A stretch of DNA of 56,209 nucleotides from a virus. Below, piece by piece: positions 9,420 through 17,184 of the stretch. Within the stretch, counting starts at the first letter, position 1. Each line of letters opens with the position of its first letter. The stretch lies in the IMG/VR virus record IMGVR_UViG_3300017613_002335. One strand, 5' to 3'. The position numbers were made by a program, and so were the translations under genes. The notes under the pieces are model-generated. The model was not told the DNA's origin, did not search any database, and saw only the letters and a program-made list of their open reading frames with translations.

Positions 9420-9502
9420 TATTAATAAAAATATGATATACTTTTAATAACTAAATACTTAGATCCCGAGTCGGCCAACCCGGGATCTAAACAAAAAAAC
9501 TA

Positions 9503-9550
9503 AAGGGGCAATACGGTGTCTAAAACATTGTATTGCCCCTTTTCTATTTT
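9503..9550 (+). terminator. Rho-independent terminator after the giant gene
   Basis: Perfect 12-bp stem AAGGGGCAATAC (9503-9514) / GTATTGCCCCTT (9530-9541), 15-nt loop, then TTTTCTATTTT. Confidence 0.75.
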
Positions 9551-9565
9551 GAAAGGATTTGAAAA

Positions 9566-9856
9566 ATGATTTTAGCACCGATTAATGAAACCTTACCCGC
9601 AACCGGAGCAGGGGCAGCAAAAATTTCACTTGGAGCTGCACAGGATTGTGAAGATTATGCAATACAGGCAAGAGGGGCTGTTGATATGAAAATATCCAAT
9701 GTGGAGGAGCTTACAACTTATTTCACTGTCAAGGCGAACTCATCCCAATCATTAAATGAAGCCTTGGGAAAAGGAGCGGCTTTTTTCTGGGCTGAGTCAA
9801 AGTCAACGGAAGATACAGTCGAAATCTTACCACTTCGAAGACATCGAAATAGGTAA
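9566..9856 (+). CDS. Hypothetical protein (96 aa)
   Basis: ORF with AAAGGA 9 nt upstream of the ATG. It ends just before the SD of the tail-fibre gene. Confidence 0.5.
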   Translation: MILAPINETLPATGAGAAKISLGAAQDCEDYAIQARGAVDMKISNVEELTTYFTVKANSSQSLNEALGKGAAFFWAESKSTEDTVEILPLRRHRNR

Positions 9857-9869
9857 AGGGTGGAGATCT

Positions 9870-12221
9870 ATGCTTAGAATCGGAAATGGCTTCACAGGAA
9901 ACCAAATGTTGACAATTGGCAAAGGAATTTCAATTTCTTCACCCAATAATTACACGGACTATAACTTTTATCTGAACAGCTCATTTGCAGATATAGTATC
10001 AACACAACCCATGGTGACAGCTCTTGATTCGGGTCGTGTTGATTATTCCGGTAACACCTACGGTGCGAACGAACCTGTGATTGATGGTGGTAAGCTACTC
10101 ACTGGCGGATCGTTTACTAATTTGATTATCCGATCAGAAGATACAAGCAACTGGACAGGCTCAGGCCCGTGGACACAAAGCGTCAATATCACATCTACTG
10201 GAACTTACACGGTATCGACTGACCTGAACGGCGCTACTGTAACAGTGACCGCAGGAACAGCTACAATAGATGCCGGTGCGAGTGCAACCTATGGTAGTCC
10301 AGATCAGTTTGTGGTTTCTGGTACGGGTACAGTTACTATAAGCACTGATACGGCAGACCCTAAAGCACAATTGACTAAATCAACATATAAATTGCCATAC
10401 GTCAAAACAACCACAGACACAATAACCGTACCTCTCAATTACTCAGACGATGACGAGGGGTACAAGTGGCCTATTGGTTCTGTGCTGCCTGATATTGATT
10501 CTGATTATTGGCAGGAGGTTGATGGGGTTGAACTGGTTACTAATGGTGATTTCGAAACGAACATAACAGGATGGTCAGGTTATACTAGTACTACAACAGC
10601 GGAACATGAAACAACCATTACTGATTTAAGCTCTGCTGGTGCAATGAAATGTATCAATGTAGATGGCGGCAATCAGTGGTTTGCGCGAACATCAGATGAT
10701 TTAACTTTAAAAGCTGGGTCAATATACAAAATGGTTGGTAGGGTTTATATTCCGACTGGATATTCTGGCGGAGGTGCCCCTTACATAACAGAGGCAGGCA
10801 CATTTACAGGTAGTAGTGAAGTAATATCAAAGGCAAGCATATCTTTGTTAGACCAGTGGCAAACTGTTACTACCATTATAACTGTAGGTTCTGATATATA
10901 TGGAAGGGTGTACCTTAGAAGTACATCAAATGCAGATGCAGGTAGTATACTATATTGGGATAATATTACTGTAAAACAAATAGAACCCTCAACAGCCTGG
11001 CAAAACTGTGCAAGCAACCTTCAGGATAGTTTGGACGGTGAGCCTGATGGAACGGAGCTGATTGGTAATGGTGATTTTTCGACAGGTGATTTCACAGGAT
11101 GGTCGAATAATGACGGTTGTACAATTAATGGAAGTAATCAAGTTGTATTTGATACTGCATTAAACGCTAACCCAAGACTAATGCAAAATGCAGGGGTATC
11201 CACTGGTGATTATTTATACTTAACATATGATATAATATCTACTACGCAGGTGAGTGGTAATTTTGTGCTATATTCAGGTGGGTTTACTACTGGTTCGGTA
11301 ACTATACCGTCAACTGTTGGGCCTCAGATTTTTAGAGTTCAAGCAACAGCAACAGGTGATTTATATTTTAGATTGGTTGGTGCAAGTTCTGGAACTATTG
11401 TAGCCGATAATTTTTCAATGCAAGTAGTTGATGATGCACAAGGCGAAATCCACGTGGATTGGACTCCGAAGTTTGATGCTGATGAGATGACAGATAATAA
11501 TCAAAGTATTTTGGATCTGAATGAGACGGGTGCTGGTGATGGATTTATAATGCATGGTAACTCTGGTAATATCCTTTTGTATGATACTGGGGTGCCTAAC
11601 TATACTTTTACTAGCATCGGATACGTAGCAAACACAAACTATCTAATCAAGGCAATCTACGGTCACAAGGCAGACGATACGCTGAGTGCTGATATTGATA
11701 GAACGTTTGCTATTAATTCTGGCTCTCCAACGATTAACGGGGATGTGATTGATTTTATAGATGAAGAAAGTAGCGTTGTTGACACATCTTACTGGGTATT
11801 AGGCTACACTTATACAGTCAATGCAACAGTTTCAAATTATTCAGGTAGTGGGGATATTACTTTACCATTTGATGGTGGCGCTACACAAGCTATAACAGTA
11901 GGTGCTGTGGTCAGTGCTAATGGTACATATGAGTATGATTATACCCCATCAGTTACAACATATGTCAAAATAGCCTCAGAGGCAGGCCATACAGCAACGG
12001 TAACTATCAATTCAATCAAAAGAGTCAATCAACCCAAGATGCAATTAATAGTAGAAGACAAATCCGGTGCAACAGGCCCATGGGAAAGCTCTGTTGTTGA
12101 CTTTGATGGATCATTCCTTACTGATCCTAACGCAGATAATAATTTATCACTGGCCTGGGAGAATGAGTATTTTCAGGAATTTGGATCAATTAAAATATAT
12201 AAGGAACCTCAATCATGGTAG
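9870..12221 (+). CDS. Tail fibre / receptor-binding protein with two CBM-like (NGDFE..GW) jelly-roll modules
   Basis: ORF 9756..12221. The likely start is ATG 9870, preceded by GGGTGGAG. Two copies of the signature EL(V/I)xNGDF(E/S)..(I/F)TGWS at 10531-10585 and 11053-11110. Ser/Thr/Gly-rich beta-type composition. Confidence 0.7.
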   Translation: MLRIGNGFTGNQMLTIGKGISISSPNNYTDYNFYLNSSFADIVSTQPMVTALDSGRVDYSGNTYGANEPVIDGGKLLTGGSFTNLIIRSEDTSNWTGSGPWTQSVNITSTGTYTVSTDLNGATVTVTAGTATIDAGASATYGSPDQFVVSGTGTVTISTDTADPKAQLTKSTYKLPYVKTTTDTITVPLNYSDDDEGYKWPIGSVLPDIDSDYWQEVDGVELVTNGDFETNITGWSGYTSTTTAEHETTITDLSSAGAMKCINVDGGNQWFARTSDDLTLKAGSIYKMVGRVYIPTGYSGGGAPYITEAGTFTGSSEVISKASISLLDQWQTVTTIITVGSDIYGRVYLRSTSNADAGSILYWDNITVKQIEPSTAWQNCASNLQDSLDGEPDGTELIGNGDFSTGDFTGWSNNDGCTINGSNQVVFDTALNANPRLMQNAGVSTGDYLYLTYDIISTTQVSGNFVLYSGGFTTGSVTIPSTVGPQIFRVQATATGDLYFRLVGASSGTIVADNFSMQVVDDAQGEIHVDWTPKFDADEMTDNNQSILDLNETGAGDGFIMHGNSGNILLYDTGVPNYTFTSIGYVANTNYLIKAIYGHKADDTLSADIDRTFAINSGSPTINGDVIDFIDEESSVVDTSYWVLGYTYTVNATVSNYSGSGDITLPFDGGATQAITVGAVVSANGTYEYDYTPSVTTYVKIASEAGHTATVTINSIKRVNQPKMQLIVEDKSGATGPWESSVVDFDGSFLTDPNADNNLSLAWENEYFQEFGSIKIYKEPQSW

Positions 12222-12733
12222 ACCTTGTTAAAGCAAAAGTTGAAGATGTTGAAATCACTGAAGTAACACCTGAATTCAATATCAGCTCTGTGCAGGTTGG
12301 GACTCTGGCTAATGGGTATAAAGTGCTGCATGTATTATTTCCCAAATATCTGCTCAAGCGTCTTAGATCCTGTAATAAAGACGAACTCCTAACTACTGAC
12401 GGGGTTAAAAATATCGGTTTAGCTGGATTTCGTGGGTTTACTAAAAAAGAACTGTTCGCTACTTATCCGGGACTTAAAGGAACTACTTTAATTGATGATG
12501 TTGAAGTTCCTAAACTAATGCCTCACAGATGGAATAGCAAAGGATCGCCTCATACCACTGGTTACTTTGTTGTCAGTCCGGCATTACCTGCAAAGCGTAG
12601 AGTAACAATCAAAGCGAGCAAGAAAATAAAACTTAGTGAATTTTCTGTACGGACCAAGTGGATAAAGAGAATGATTAAGAAAGAAGAAATCATTCTTGCT
12701 GAAAAAGAAGAAATCGCCGCCGTTAATCAATAA
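12215..12733 (+). CDS. Hypothetical protein downstream of tail fibre (possible fibre accessory protein)
   Basis: 172-aa ORF. Its start overlaps the tail-fibre stop (ATGGTAG). No recognisable motif. Confidence 0.55.
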   Translation: MVDLVKAKVEDVEITEVTPEFNISSVQVGTLANGYKVLHVLFPKYLLKRLRSCNKDELLTTDGVKNIGLAGFRGFTKKELFATYPGLKGTTLIDDVEVPKLMPHRWNSKGSPHTTGYFVVSPALPAKRRVTIKASKKIKLSEFSVRTKWIKRMIKKEEIILAEKEEIAAVNQ

Positions 12734-12745
12734 AAAGGGACTGCA

Positions 12746-13054
12746 ATGACTGAAAAACTGATACTGGAAAAACTCGATCAGATGGAAAAGAAGGTTGATA
12801 AAATCGAAACAGCGGTTGGACTCATTGCGGTTCAAACTGAGAGGATAAATAATATCTCAGGACAAGTAAATAGCTTGTGGTCTAAGTATGACGAGGCTTT
12901 CAGCCCGGAAGGAATTCTTAATCAGGTTAAAAATTTCCAGGCATCTTGCCCCCGCGATCAAATCAAAAATGATCTGTCGAAACAATGGAAAGTTCTATTG
13001 CTGTTGTCAACGGTTGTTACCGGATGCCTGCTTAAAGCCTTTGGGGTGTTATGA
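12746..13054 (+). CDS. Lysis-associated membrane protein (holin-like, C-terminal TM anchor)
   Basis: 102 aa: coiled-coil N-terminus and a single C-terminal hydrophobic helix (WKVLLLLSTVVTGCLLKAFGVL). ATGA overlap with the endolysin start. Confidence 0.45.
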   Translation: MTEKLILEKLDQMEKKVDKIETAVGLIAVQTERINNISGQVNSLWSKYDEAFSPEGILNQVKNFQASCPRDQIKNDLSKQWKVLLLLSTVVTGCLLKAFGVL

Positions 13055-13416
13055 TCAATTTTAAAGAAGATGAATTCTATTGTCCATGCGGTGAATGTGA
13101 CCTTGATTTTGAGGACATGGACGAAGATATTGTTTTGGATCTTGACCGGGCCAGGGGGTACGCGGAAGTTCCTTTTAAATTGAATTCAACCATCCGATGC
13201 ATGGCACACAACCTCAAACCAGAAGTTGGTGGCTCAAAAACCTCAAGTCATCCCAAAGGCCTGGCTGCAGATATAGAGTGTAAAACTTCTTATGCCAGGT
13301 ACAAGATTATTTATGGACTCAGAAAAGCCGGGTTTAATCGAATTGGAATAGGGAAGAATTTTGTCCATGCGGATAAGGATCCAGATAAACCAAAAGAATT
13401 AATGTGGGTATATTAA
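13051..13416 (+). CDS. Endolysin, peptidase M15 (LAS-type zinc D,D- / L-Ala-D-Glu peptidase)
   Basis: SSHPKGLAADI (13244-13276) and FVHAD match the SxHxxGxAxD ... H.D zinc-ligand pattern of the M15 family. 121 aa. Confidence 0.8.
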   Translation: MINFKEDEFYCPCGECDLDFEDMDEDIVLDLDRARGYAEVPFKLNSTIRCMAHNLKPEVGGSKTSSHPKGLAADIECKTSYARYKIIYGLRKAGFNRIGIGKNFVHADKDPDKPKELMWVY

Positions 13417-13427
13417 AGGATGGGAAA

Positions 13428-13553
13428 ATGAAAGATTTTTGGAATGGGCTAACCCCAAGGACAAGGCAAGTTGCCGTAGCTGTTATCGGTGTCGTTGTTA
13501 TTGCATCTATGTATTTCGGTGTATTTGATCAATTGGTAGCATTGGTAAAATGA
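13428..13553 (+). CDS. 41-aa single-TM peptide (holin/antiholin/spanin-like), below the ORF-track size cut-off
   Basis: ATG 13428 encodes MKDFWNGLTPRTRQVAVAVIGVVVIASMYFGVFDQLVALVK. The stop overlaps the next ATG (ATGA at 13550). Confidence 0.5.
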   Translation: MKDFWNGLTPRTRQVAVAVIGVVVIASMYFGVFDQLVALVK

Positions 13554-14017
13554 CACTTCTTCAACCAAATTTGAGCCCGGTCCCAATGAATGATCAATAT
13601 GCATTATTGGATGATTATTCGATTAAATATGGAAACACGAAAATAACGGTCCCTGAATTCTTTATTTATGATGGTGCATCGATACCGTCGTTCGGGTGGT
13701 TGGTTACATATACACCGTTTCACCCAGACATCATGGCACCCGCTTTGATCCACGACTGGCTATACGTTAATCATCAGCTTACCCGGGGCATGGCAGATCA
13801 GATACTATATGATTTGATGATTCTGAATGGTGCAAATAAAACCAAGGCGAAATTAATGTATCAGGCTGTCAGGATCGGTGGTGGTGCTGCATGGGATAAC
13901 AGCGATGAGGATATTAAAAAAATTATGCTGTTATATTCACTTTGCAAGTTAAACAATAGCTTTGATGAATATCATTTCCCAGTACATATTGTTTTTGATC
14001 AGCGTCGTGTCGGGTAA
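13550..14017 (+). CDS. DUF1353-like protein
   Basis: FIYDGASIP ... IHDWLY ... R..AD motif order, as in DUF1353 proteins. Confidence 0.6.
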   Translation: MTLLQPNLSPVPMNDQYALLDDYSIKYGNTKITVPEFFIYDGASIPSFGWLVTYTPFHPDIMAPALIHDWLYVNHQLTRGMADQILYDLMILNGANKTKAKLMYQAVRIGGGAAWDNSDEDIKKIMLLYSLCKLNNSFDEYHFPVHIVFDQRRVG

Positions 14018-14107
14018 AAAAGTCAGAAAAAAAAGCAAAAGCACTCAAAACACCCACTCAAAATTTTATTCCGGTTTTTTTGGAAGTCTGGAAAGGGTTG
14101 CCATTAC

Positions 14108-14159
14108 TGGTCGGGGCGGCAGGATTTGAACCTGCGACATCTTGCTCCCAAAGCAAGCG
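14108..14159 (-). other. 3' portion of a tRNA-Pro(UGG) gene (anticodon stem to CCA, no D-arm): attP-type remnant
   Basis: The reverse complement reads CTTGC-TTTGGGA-GCAAG-ATGTC-GCAGG-TTCAAAT-CCTGC-CGCCCCG-A-CCA. The sequence 5' of the anticodon stem has no D-arm or acceptor strand. Confidence 0.75.
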
Positions 14160-14262
14160 GTATAGTTTTGAAAGCCCACAACAGCCTATAATACAGGAGG
14201 TTGTTTTCTACTGAATACTATATAGTATCTCAATTATACCCAAAAGTTCTCAAATAAGTGTC

Positions 14263-14720
14263 TCAAATTTTACCACCGAATTTTTTATATAATTTATCAA
14301 GCGCAGTTACTTCTGAACTAGGTGTCGAATGTAAATATATCTCTGTTGTCTGCAATGCTTTATGACCGAGCAAACCGCCTATGGATTTTTTTGATATCTT
14401 TTCTGCATCTGCCAGATATGTTGCAACAAAATGACGGATATTATGGAATCCAAAAGCAGGATTTATTTTTGCTCTCTTACAAAGTCCTTTCATTAATTTA
14501 GGACGGTGCTTAAATCTATTGTTAGTTTTTGTATTAAAATACACATACTTTTCGTTTTTCCTATTATTCCATCGCGCTTTCAATAATCTATACAATCCTT
14601 CATTCATATGGCAAGTAATCGGTTCATACGCACCGGAACTCCTTTTTCTGGTCCACCTTGTAACTGTTTTTTTTGTAAAATTAACGTCCTGCCATTTCAA
14701 TCTTAATATTTCTGGTAGCA
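14263..14720 (-). pseudogene. Truncated second tyrosine integrase (C-terminal catalytic half only)
   Basis: The C-terminal ~150 aa of ORF 14263..14952 align with the full integrase (LRLKWQDVNF / LRLTWDDVNF; HRPKLMKGLCKRA / HRPKFMKGLCKRA; FGFHNIRH / FGFHTLRH; LLGH..LQTTEIYLH / MLGH..QKTTEIYLH). The segment carrying catalytic Arg-I and the whole N-terminal domain are missing. The upstream part of the ORF is read-through over a tRNA fragment. Confidence 0.75.
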
Positions 14721-14732
14721 CTTTTTGGCGGC
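14713..14732. repeat. 20-bp direct repeat TGGTAGCACTTTTTGGCGGC, copy 1
   Basis: Identical to 14923-14942. It sits exactly at the truncation point of the integrase remnant. Confidence 0.9.
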
Positions 14733-14829
14733 GGCTTTTATGGTAAATGTGCAAAAAACAGGGCACCGGGTAGAATGAACACCCCATATAAAGCCTATAT
14801 ACAAGGCTATTCAAAACCCGACCGTAAGT

Positions 14830-14874
14830 CTGGGGGACAAGTGGTCGCAAGTTCAAATCTTGCCGTCCCGACCA
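14830..14874 (+). other. 3' portion of a tRNA-Pro(GGG) gene: probable attP core of the intact integrase
   Basis: CTGGGGG-ACAAG-TGGTC-GCAAG-TTCAAAT-CTTGC-CGTCCCG-A-CCA. There is no complementary 5' anticodon-stem strand, D-arm or acceptor 5' strand upstream. It lies 17 nt from the integrase stop. Confidence 0.7.
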
Positions 14875-14890
14875 TTTAATACCAAGGGTT

Positions 14891-15970
14891 TCAGCGTTTC
14901 GTTGGAATCCTTTTTTTGTCTTTGGTAGCACTTTTTGGCGGCACCTTTTCATTTTTTTGTGTAAATTTTCCCGAAATTGAGTCTACTGCAACCGTGTCAG
15001 CATCCTTTAATTCATGTAAATAAATTTCTGTTGTTTTCTGGTCGGCATGGCCCAACATATTCTGAATTGTCTTATATGATATTTTGGGGTTATCATTTAA
15101 TAAAGAGGCCATTAAATGCCTGAGTGTATGGAAACCAAAATGTGGGATAATTCCAGCTCGTTTACATAAACCTTTCATGAATTTTGGTCTGTGCTGATAT
15201 CGATCATCATATCTCTTATTATAAAAAACCCAAATATCTTGTTCTCGGTGTTCCCATCTTTTCCACAATATATCATATAACTCATCATTAATTTTTACAG
15301 GCACTTCTTTCCAGGATCCGTCTTTGGTTTTTCTAGTTGTCTTTGTTAGGATCCTTTTATCAAAATTCACATCATCCCAGGTCAGTCTTAAAACCTCATC
15401 AATTCTTGCCAGAGTGTTTAATAGGACAAGCAACAAATCCCTTTCATCTGTTTTCGGGTCTGCTGCCAGCACCAGTTTAATTACATCTGATTCCTGGGGG
15501 ATAACTTTCTTTTTTGGTGTGTGTGGCATCTTCTCTATTTTCTTTATTGGGTTACGGTCAATAACTTCCAAAATATCTTTTGCATATGTAAAAAATGCTG
15601 ATAAGTCCCTTCTGTGAACATTATAATTATTATTGCTGTGCCGTGTTTCAAGATACGCCTTTATCGTTGGTGTTGTCAGTTCATCTATCTGGAAATCATT
15701 TTCCAAAAAGATAAAAAATTGCTGGTAGACATACTTTTTATATTTATATACTGCTTTAACAAATCTTCTTTCTGCATGATCGAGATATTTATTAACCGCC
15801 TCCGAATAAGCCATGCCTGTTTGGATCGGTGTTTTTACCTGTTTTCTTCTTTTTGACCTTGCTACCTCTGCGCTTCGCCGGTCTTTGTAGCCCCGACCGT
15901 AATATCCCTGACCCTGATACTGGAAACGATAACACCAATGTTTTCGGGTCTTGTCCTTCCATAATCCCAT
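14891..15970 (-). CDS. int: Tyrosine recombinase / phage integrase
   Basis: 359 aa. Catalytic pattern R (LARIDEV) ... HTLRH ... GH..QKTTEIYLH. AGGAGG 10 nt upstream of ATG 15970, with an in-frame TAA just upstream. Confidence 0.9.
   Translation of the reverse strand: MGLWKDKTRKHWCYRFQYQGQGYYGRGYKDRRSAEVARSKRRKQVKTPIQTGMAYSEAVNKYLDHAERRFVKAVYKYKKYVYQQFFIFLENDFQIDELTTPTIKAYLETRHSNNNYNVHRRDLSAFFTYAKDILEVIDRNPIKKIEKMPHTPKKKVIPQESDVIKLVLAADPKTDERDLLLVLLNTLARIDEVLRLTWDDVNFDKRILTKTTRKTKDGSWKEVPVKINDELYDILWKRWEHREQDIWVFYNKRYDDRYQHRPKFMKGLCKRAGIIPHFGFHTLRHLMASLLNDNPKISYKTIQNMLGHADQKTTEIYLHELKDADTVAVDSISGKFTQKNEKVPPKSATKDKKRIPTKR
14923..14942. repeat. 20-bp direct repeat TGGTAGCACTTTTTGGCGGC, copy 2
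   Basis: Identical to 14713-14732, 210 bp away. It lies inside the 3' end of the intact integrase gene. Confidence 0.9.
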
Positions 15971-16124
15971 ATATTATTTCCCTCCTGAATCGTAAGACTC
16001 CTAATCCTGCTGGATGAAAGCCATATAGCTTTCTTTGATGTTTGTACACTGTTTTTACGGAAATTCGCAACAGTGAAGAAACATCTTCGGGGGTTAATAA
16101 TTTATTTGGTCTGGGTCCGGTCAA
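15792..16124 (-). CDS. xis: Excisionase-like HTH protein (MerR/AlpA-type); 3' end uncertain
   Basis: The N-terminal 60 aa (LLTPEDVSSLLRISVKTVYKHQRKLYGFHPAGLGVLRFRREIIYGIMEG) fit the excisionase HTH pattern. The frame stays open 179 nt into int, so the annotated C-terminal tail may not be functional. Confidence 0.55.
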   Translation of the reverse strand: MTGPRPNKLLTPEDVSSLLRISVKTVYKHQRKLYGFHPAGLGVLRFRREIIYGIMEGQDPKTLVLSFPVSGSGILRSGLQRPAKRRGSKVKKKKTGKNTDPNRHGLFGGG

Positions 16125-16174
16125 GGGGTTTCCTTTTTATATCATATAATCTTGTCTGAATTATTGTTCATGTT

Positions 16175-16426
16175 TCACGAGATTAGGTACCCACAGCAAG
16201 TTTCTGTTCCTGGGTCCACCTCTGTATATCCAGCATCAAAAACTCGGAAGGCATTAATATTTTTCCCCACTTCTTCCTTATATTTCTTATCACTCAAGCC
16301 AAGGACAATTATTGTTATGGAGGGGTTAGTGACCCGACATCCGATAGCAGCGTGTACCGCTTGAGCGACAAGCTTGCCAATACTCATTTTTAAATTTTTC
16401 CGGTATAATACTCTTAATTTTGTCAT
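16175..16426 (-). CDS. Compact PTH2-family peptidyl-tRNA hydrolase-like protein (83 aa)
   Basis: KLRVLYRKNLKMSIGKLVAQAVHAAIG and FRVFDAGYTEVDPGTETCCGY parallel the PTH2 blocks (VVR.DLKMGKGK.AAQ..HAA and DAGRTQI.PGS.TVL). ATGA-coupled to the upstream gene. Confidence 0.65.
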   Translation of the reverse strand: MTKLRVLYRKNLKMSIGKLVAQAVHAAIGCRVTNPSITIIVLGLSDKKYKEEVGKNINAFRVFDAGYTEVDPGTETCCGYLIS

Positions 16427-16869
16427 GAATTCAATTTAGCCCTTATTGTTTCGAATAATGAATAAGCACATCTCGTCATGTCAGAATAATGCTCTGCTTT
16501 CATTTCTTCCTGCATCACATCGCGCTTATGGGGCCGCTGAAAATGCCCAAGTTCATGACTGAACATTGAGAGGATATCAATAGTATCGGCTGTTTTAAAA
16601 TCAATCCAGATATGCAACTCATCCTTCCCAGACACAAACCCCCATAAGCCAGCTTGCTTAATATTATTTATGACCTCTTTTTGAGACATTTCAATTTCAT
16701 TTCCCTTACCATCGAACCCCCCAAATCCACCATTATCTTCAAAATCACTACCCCAATATGCCTCCCACACACTTTCTGCCGAATCATATAAAACAACATC
16801 ATATATTTTTGGTATTTTTGTTAAATTGCTTGAATAATTGTCGTTAAAGCTTACCCCAATCCTTTCCAT
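16423..16869 (-). CDS. Putative zinc metallopeptidase (HExxH)
   Basis: SHELGHFQRPH near the C-terminus. Likely start is ATG 16869 with GGGGAG upstream (ORF track starts at 16926). Its stop overlaps the PTH2-like start. Confidence 0.5.
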   Translation of the reverse strand: MERIGVSFNDNYSSNLTKIPKIYDVVLYDSAESVWEAYWGSDFEDNGGFGGFDGKGNEIEMSQKEVINNIKQAGLWGFVSGKDELHIWIDFKTADTIDILSMFSHELGHFQRPHKRDVMQEEMKAEHYSDMTRCAYSLFETIRAKLNS

Positions 16870-16935
16870 TTTTAACTCCCCTATCCTGTGGAAACCTGAT
16901 GTTCCCGAAATACGTTTCGGGAACATGGCGCATCA

Positions 16936-17184
16936 TTAAGCAAAATCAAGCATTTCACTAATTCTGTCATTAATTTTACCTTTTATATCTCGCATAGGTG
17001 TTGATTCTCCTGGTTTTATTTTAGATGGGATAATAAAACCAATCTCAACCTCCTTGCCAACAATAGAGTATTCTTGGTTAAATGGATCATCTTCTTCAAC
17101 ATCCTTAAATGCTGCATCAAGTTCGGGTTTAAATTCATCATCAATGGTGAAAAGACACTGATTGGTGTGGCTTGACAATATCAT
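16936..17184 (-). CDS. Hypothetical protein (82 aa)
   Basis: ORF in the same-strand operon; ATGA overlap with the upstream gene. Confidence 0.5.
   Translation of the reverse strand: MILSSHTNQCLFTIDDEFKPELDAAFKDVEEDDPFNQEYSIVGKEVEIGFIIPSKIKPGESTPMRDIKGKINDRISEMLDFA

Noticed and set aside
9459-9490. 10-bp perfect hairpin TTAGATCCCG/CGGGATCTAA as a second terminator
   Set aside because: There is no downstream U-tract in either orientation (an A-run follows on the + strand, and a T-run precedes on the - strand). It may be a regulatory or stabilising structure, but it is not a canonical intrinsic terminator.
9566-9900. Programmed frameshift joining ORF 9566..9856 to ORF 9756..12221 at the CTTTTTTC run (9779-9786)
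   Set aside because: The upstream ORF ends with TAA at 9854-9856. This is followed by a good SD (GGGTGGAG) and an in-frame ATG at 9870, so two ordinary adjacent genes explain the overlap. The 9756 start is just the first ATG of an open frame.
14108-14159. A functional phage-encoded tRNA-Pro
   Set aside because: Only the anticodon arm, variable loop, T-arm and 3' acceptor strand are present. No D-arm or 5' acceptor strand can be found upstream. The same applies to 14830-14874.
14721-14952. N-terminal 80 codons of ORF 14263..14952 as genuine coding sequence
   Set aside because: This part is the reverse-complement read-through of the tRNA-Pro(GGG) fragment and spacer. Only the C-terminal half is homologous to integrases.
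16423-16869. The HExxH protein as the ImmA-type protease of the repressor
   Set aside because: ImmA genes normally sit next to their ImmR repressor, whereas this gene is 3.4 kb away and coupled to the PTH2-like gene. The motif alone cannot place it in the ImmA/IrrE family. It is kept only as an alternative hypothesis.
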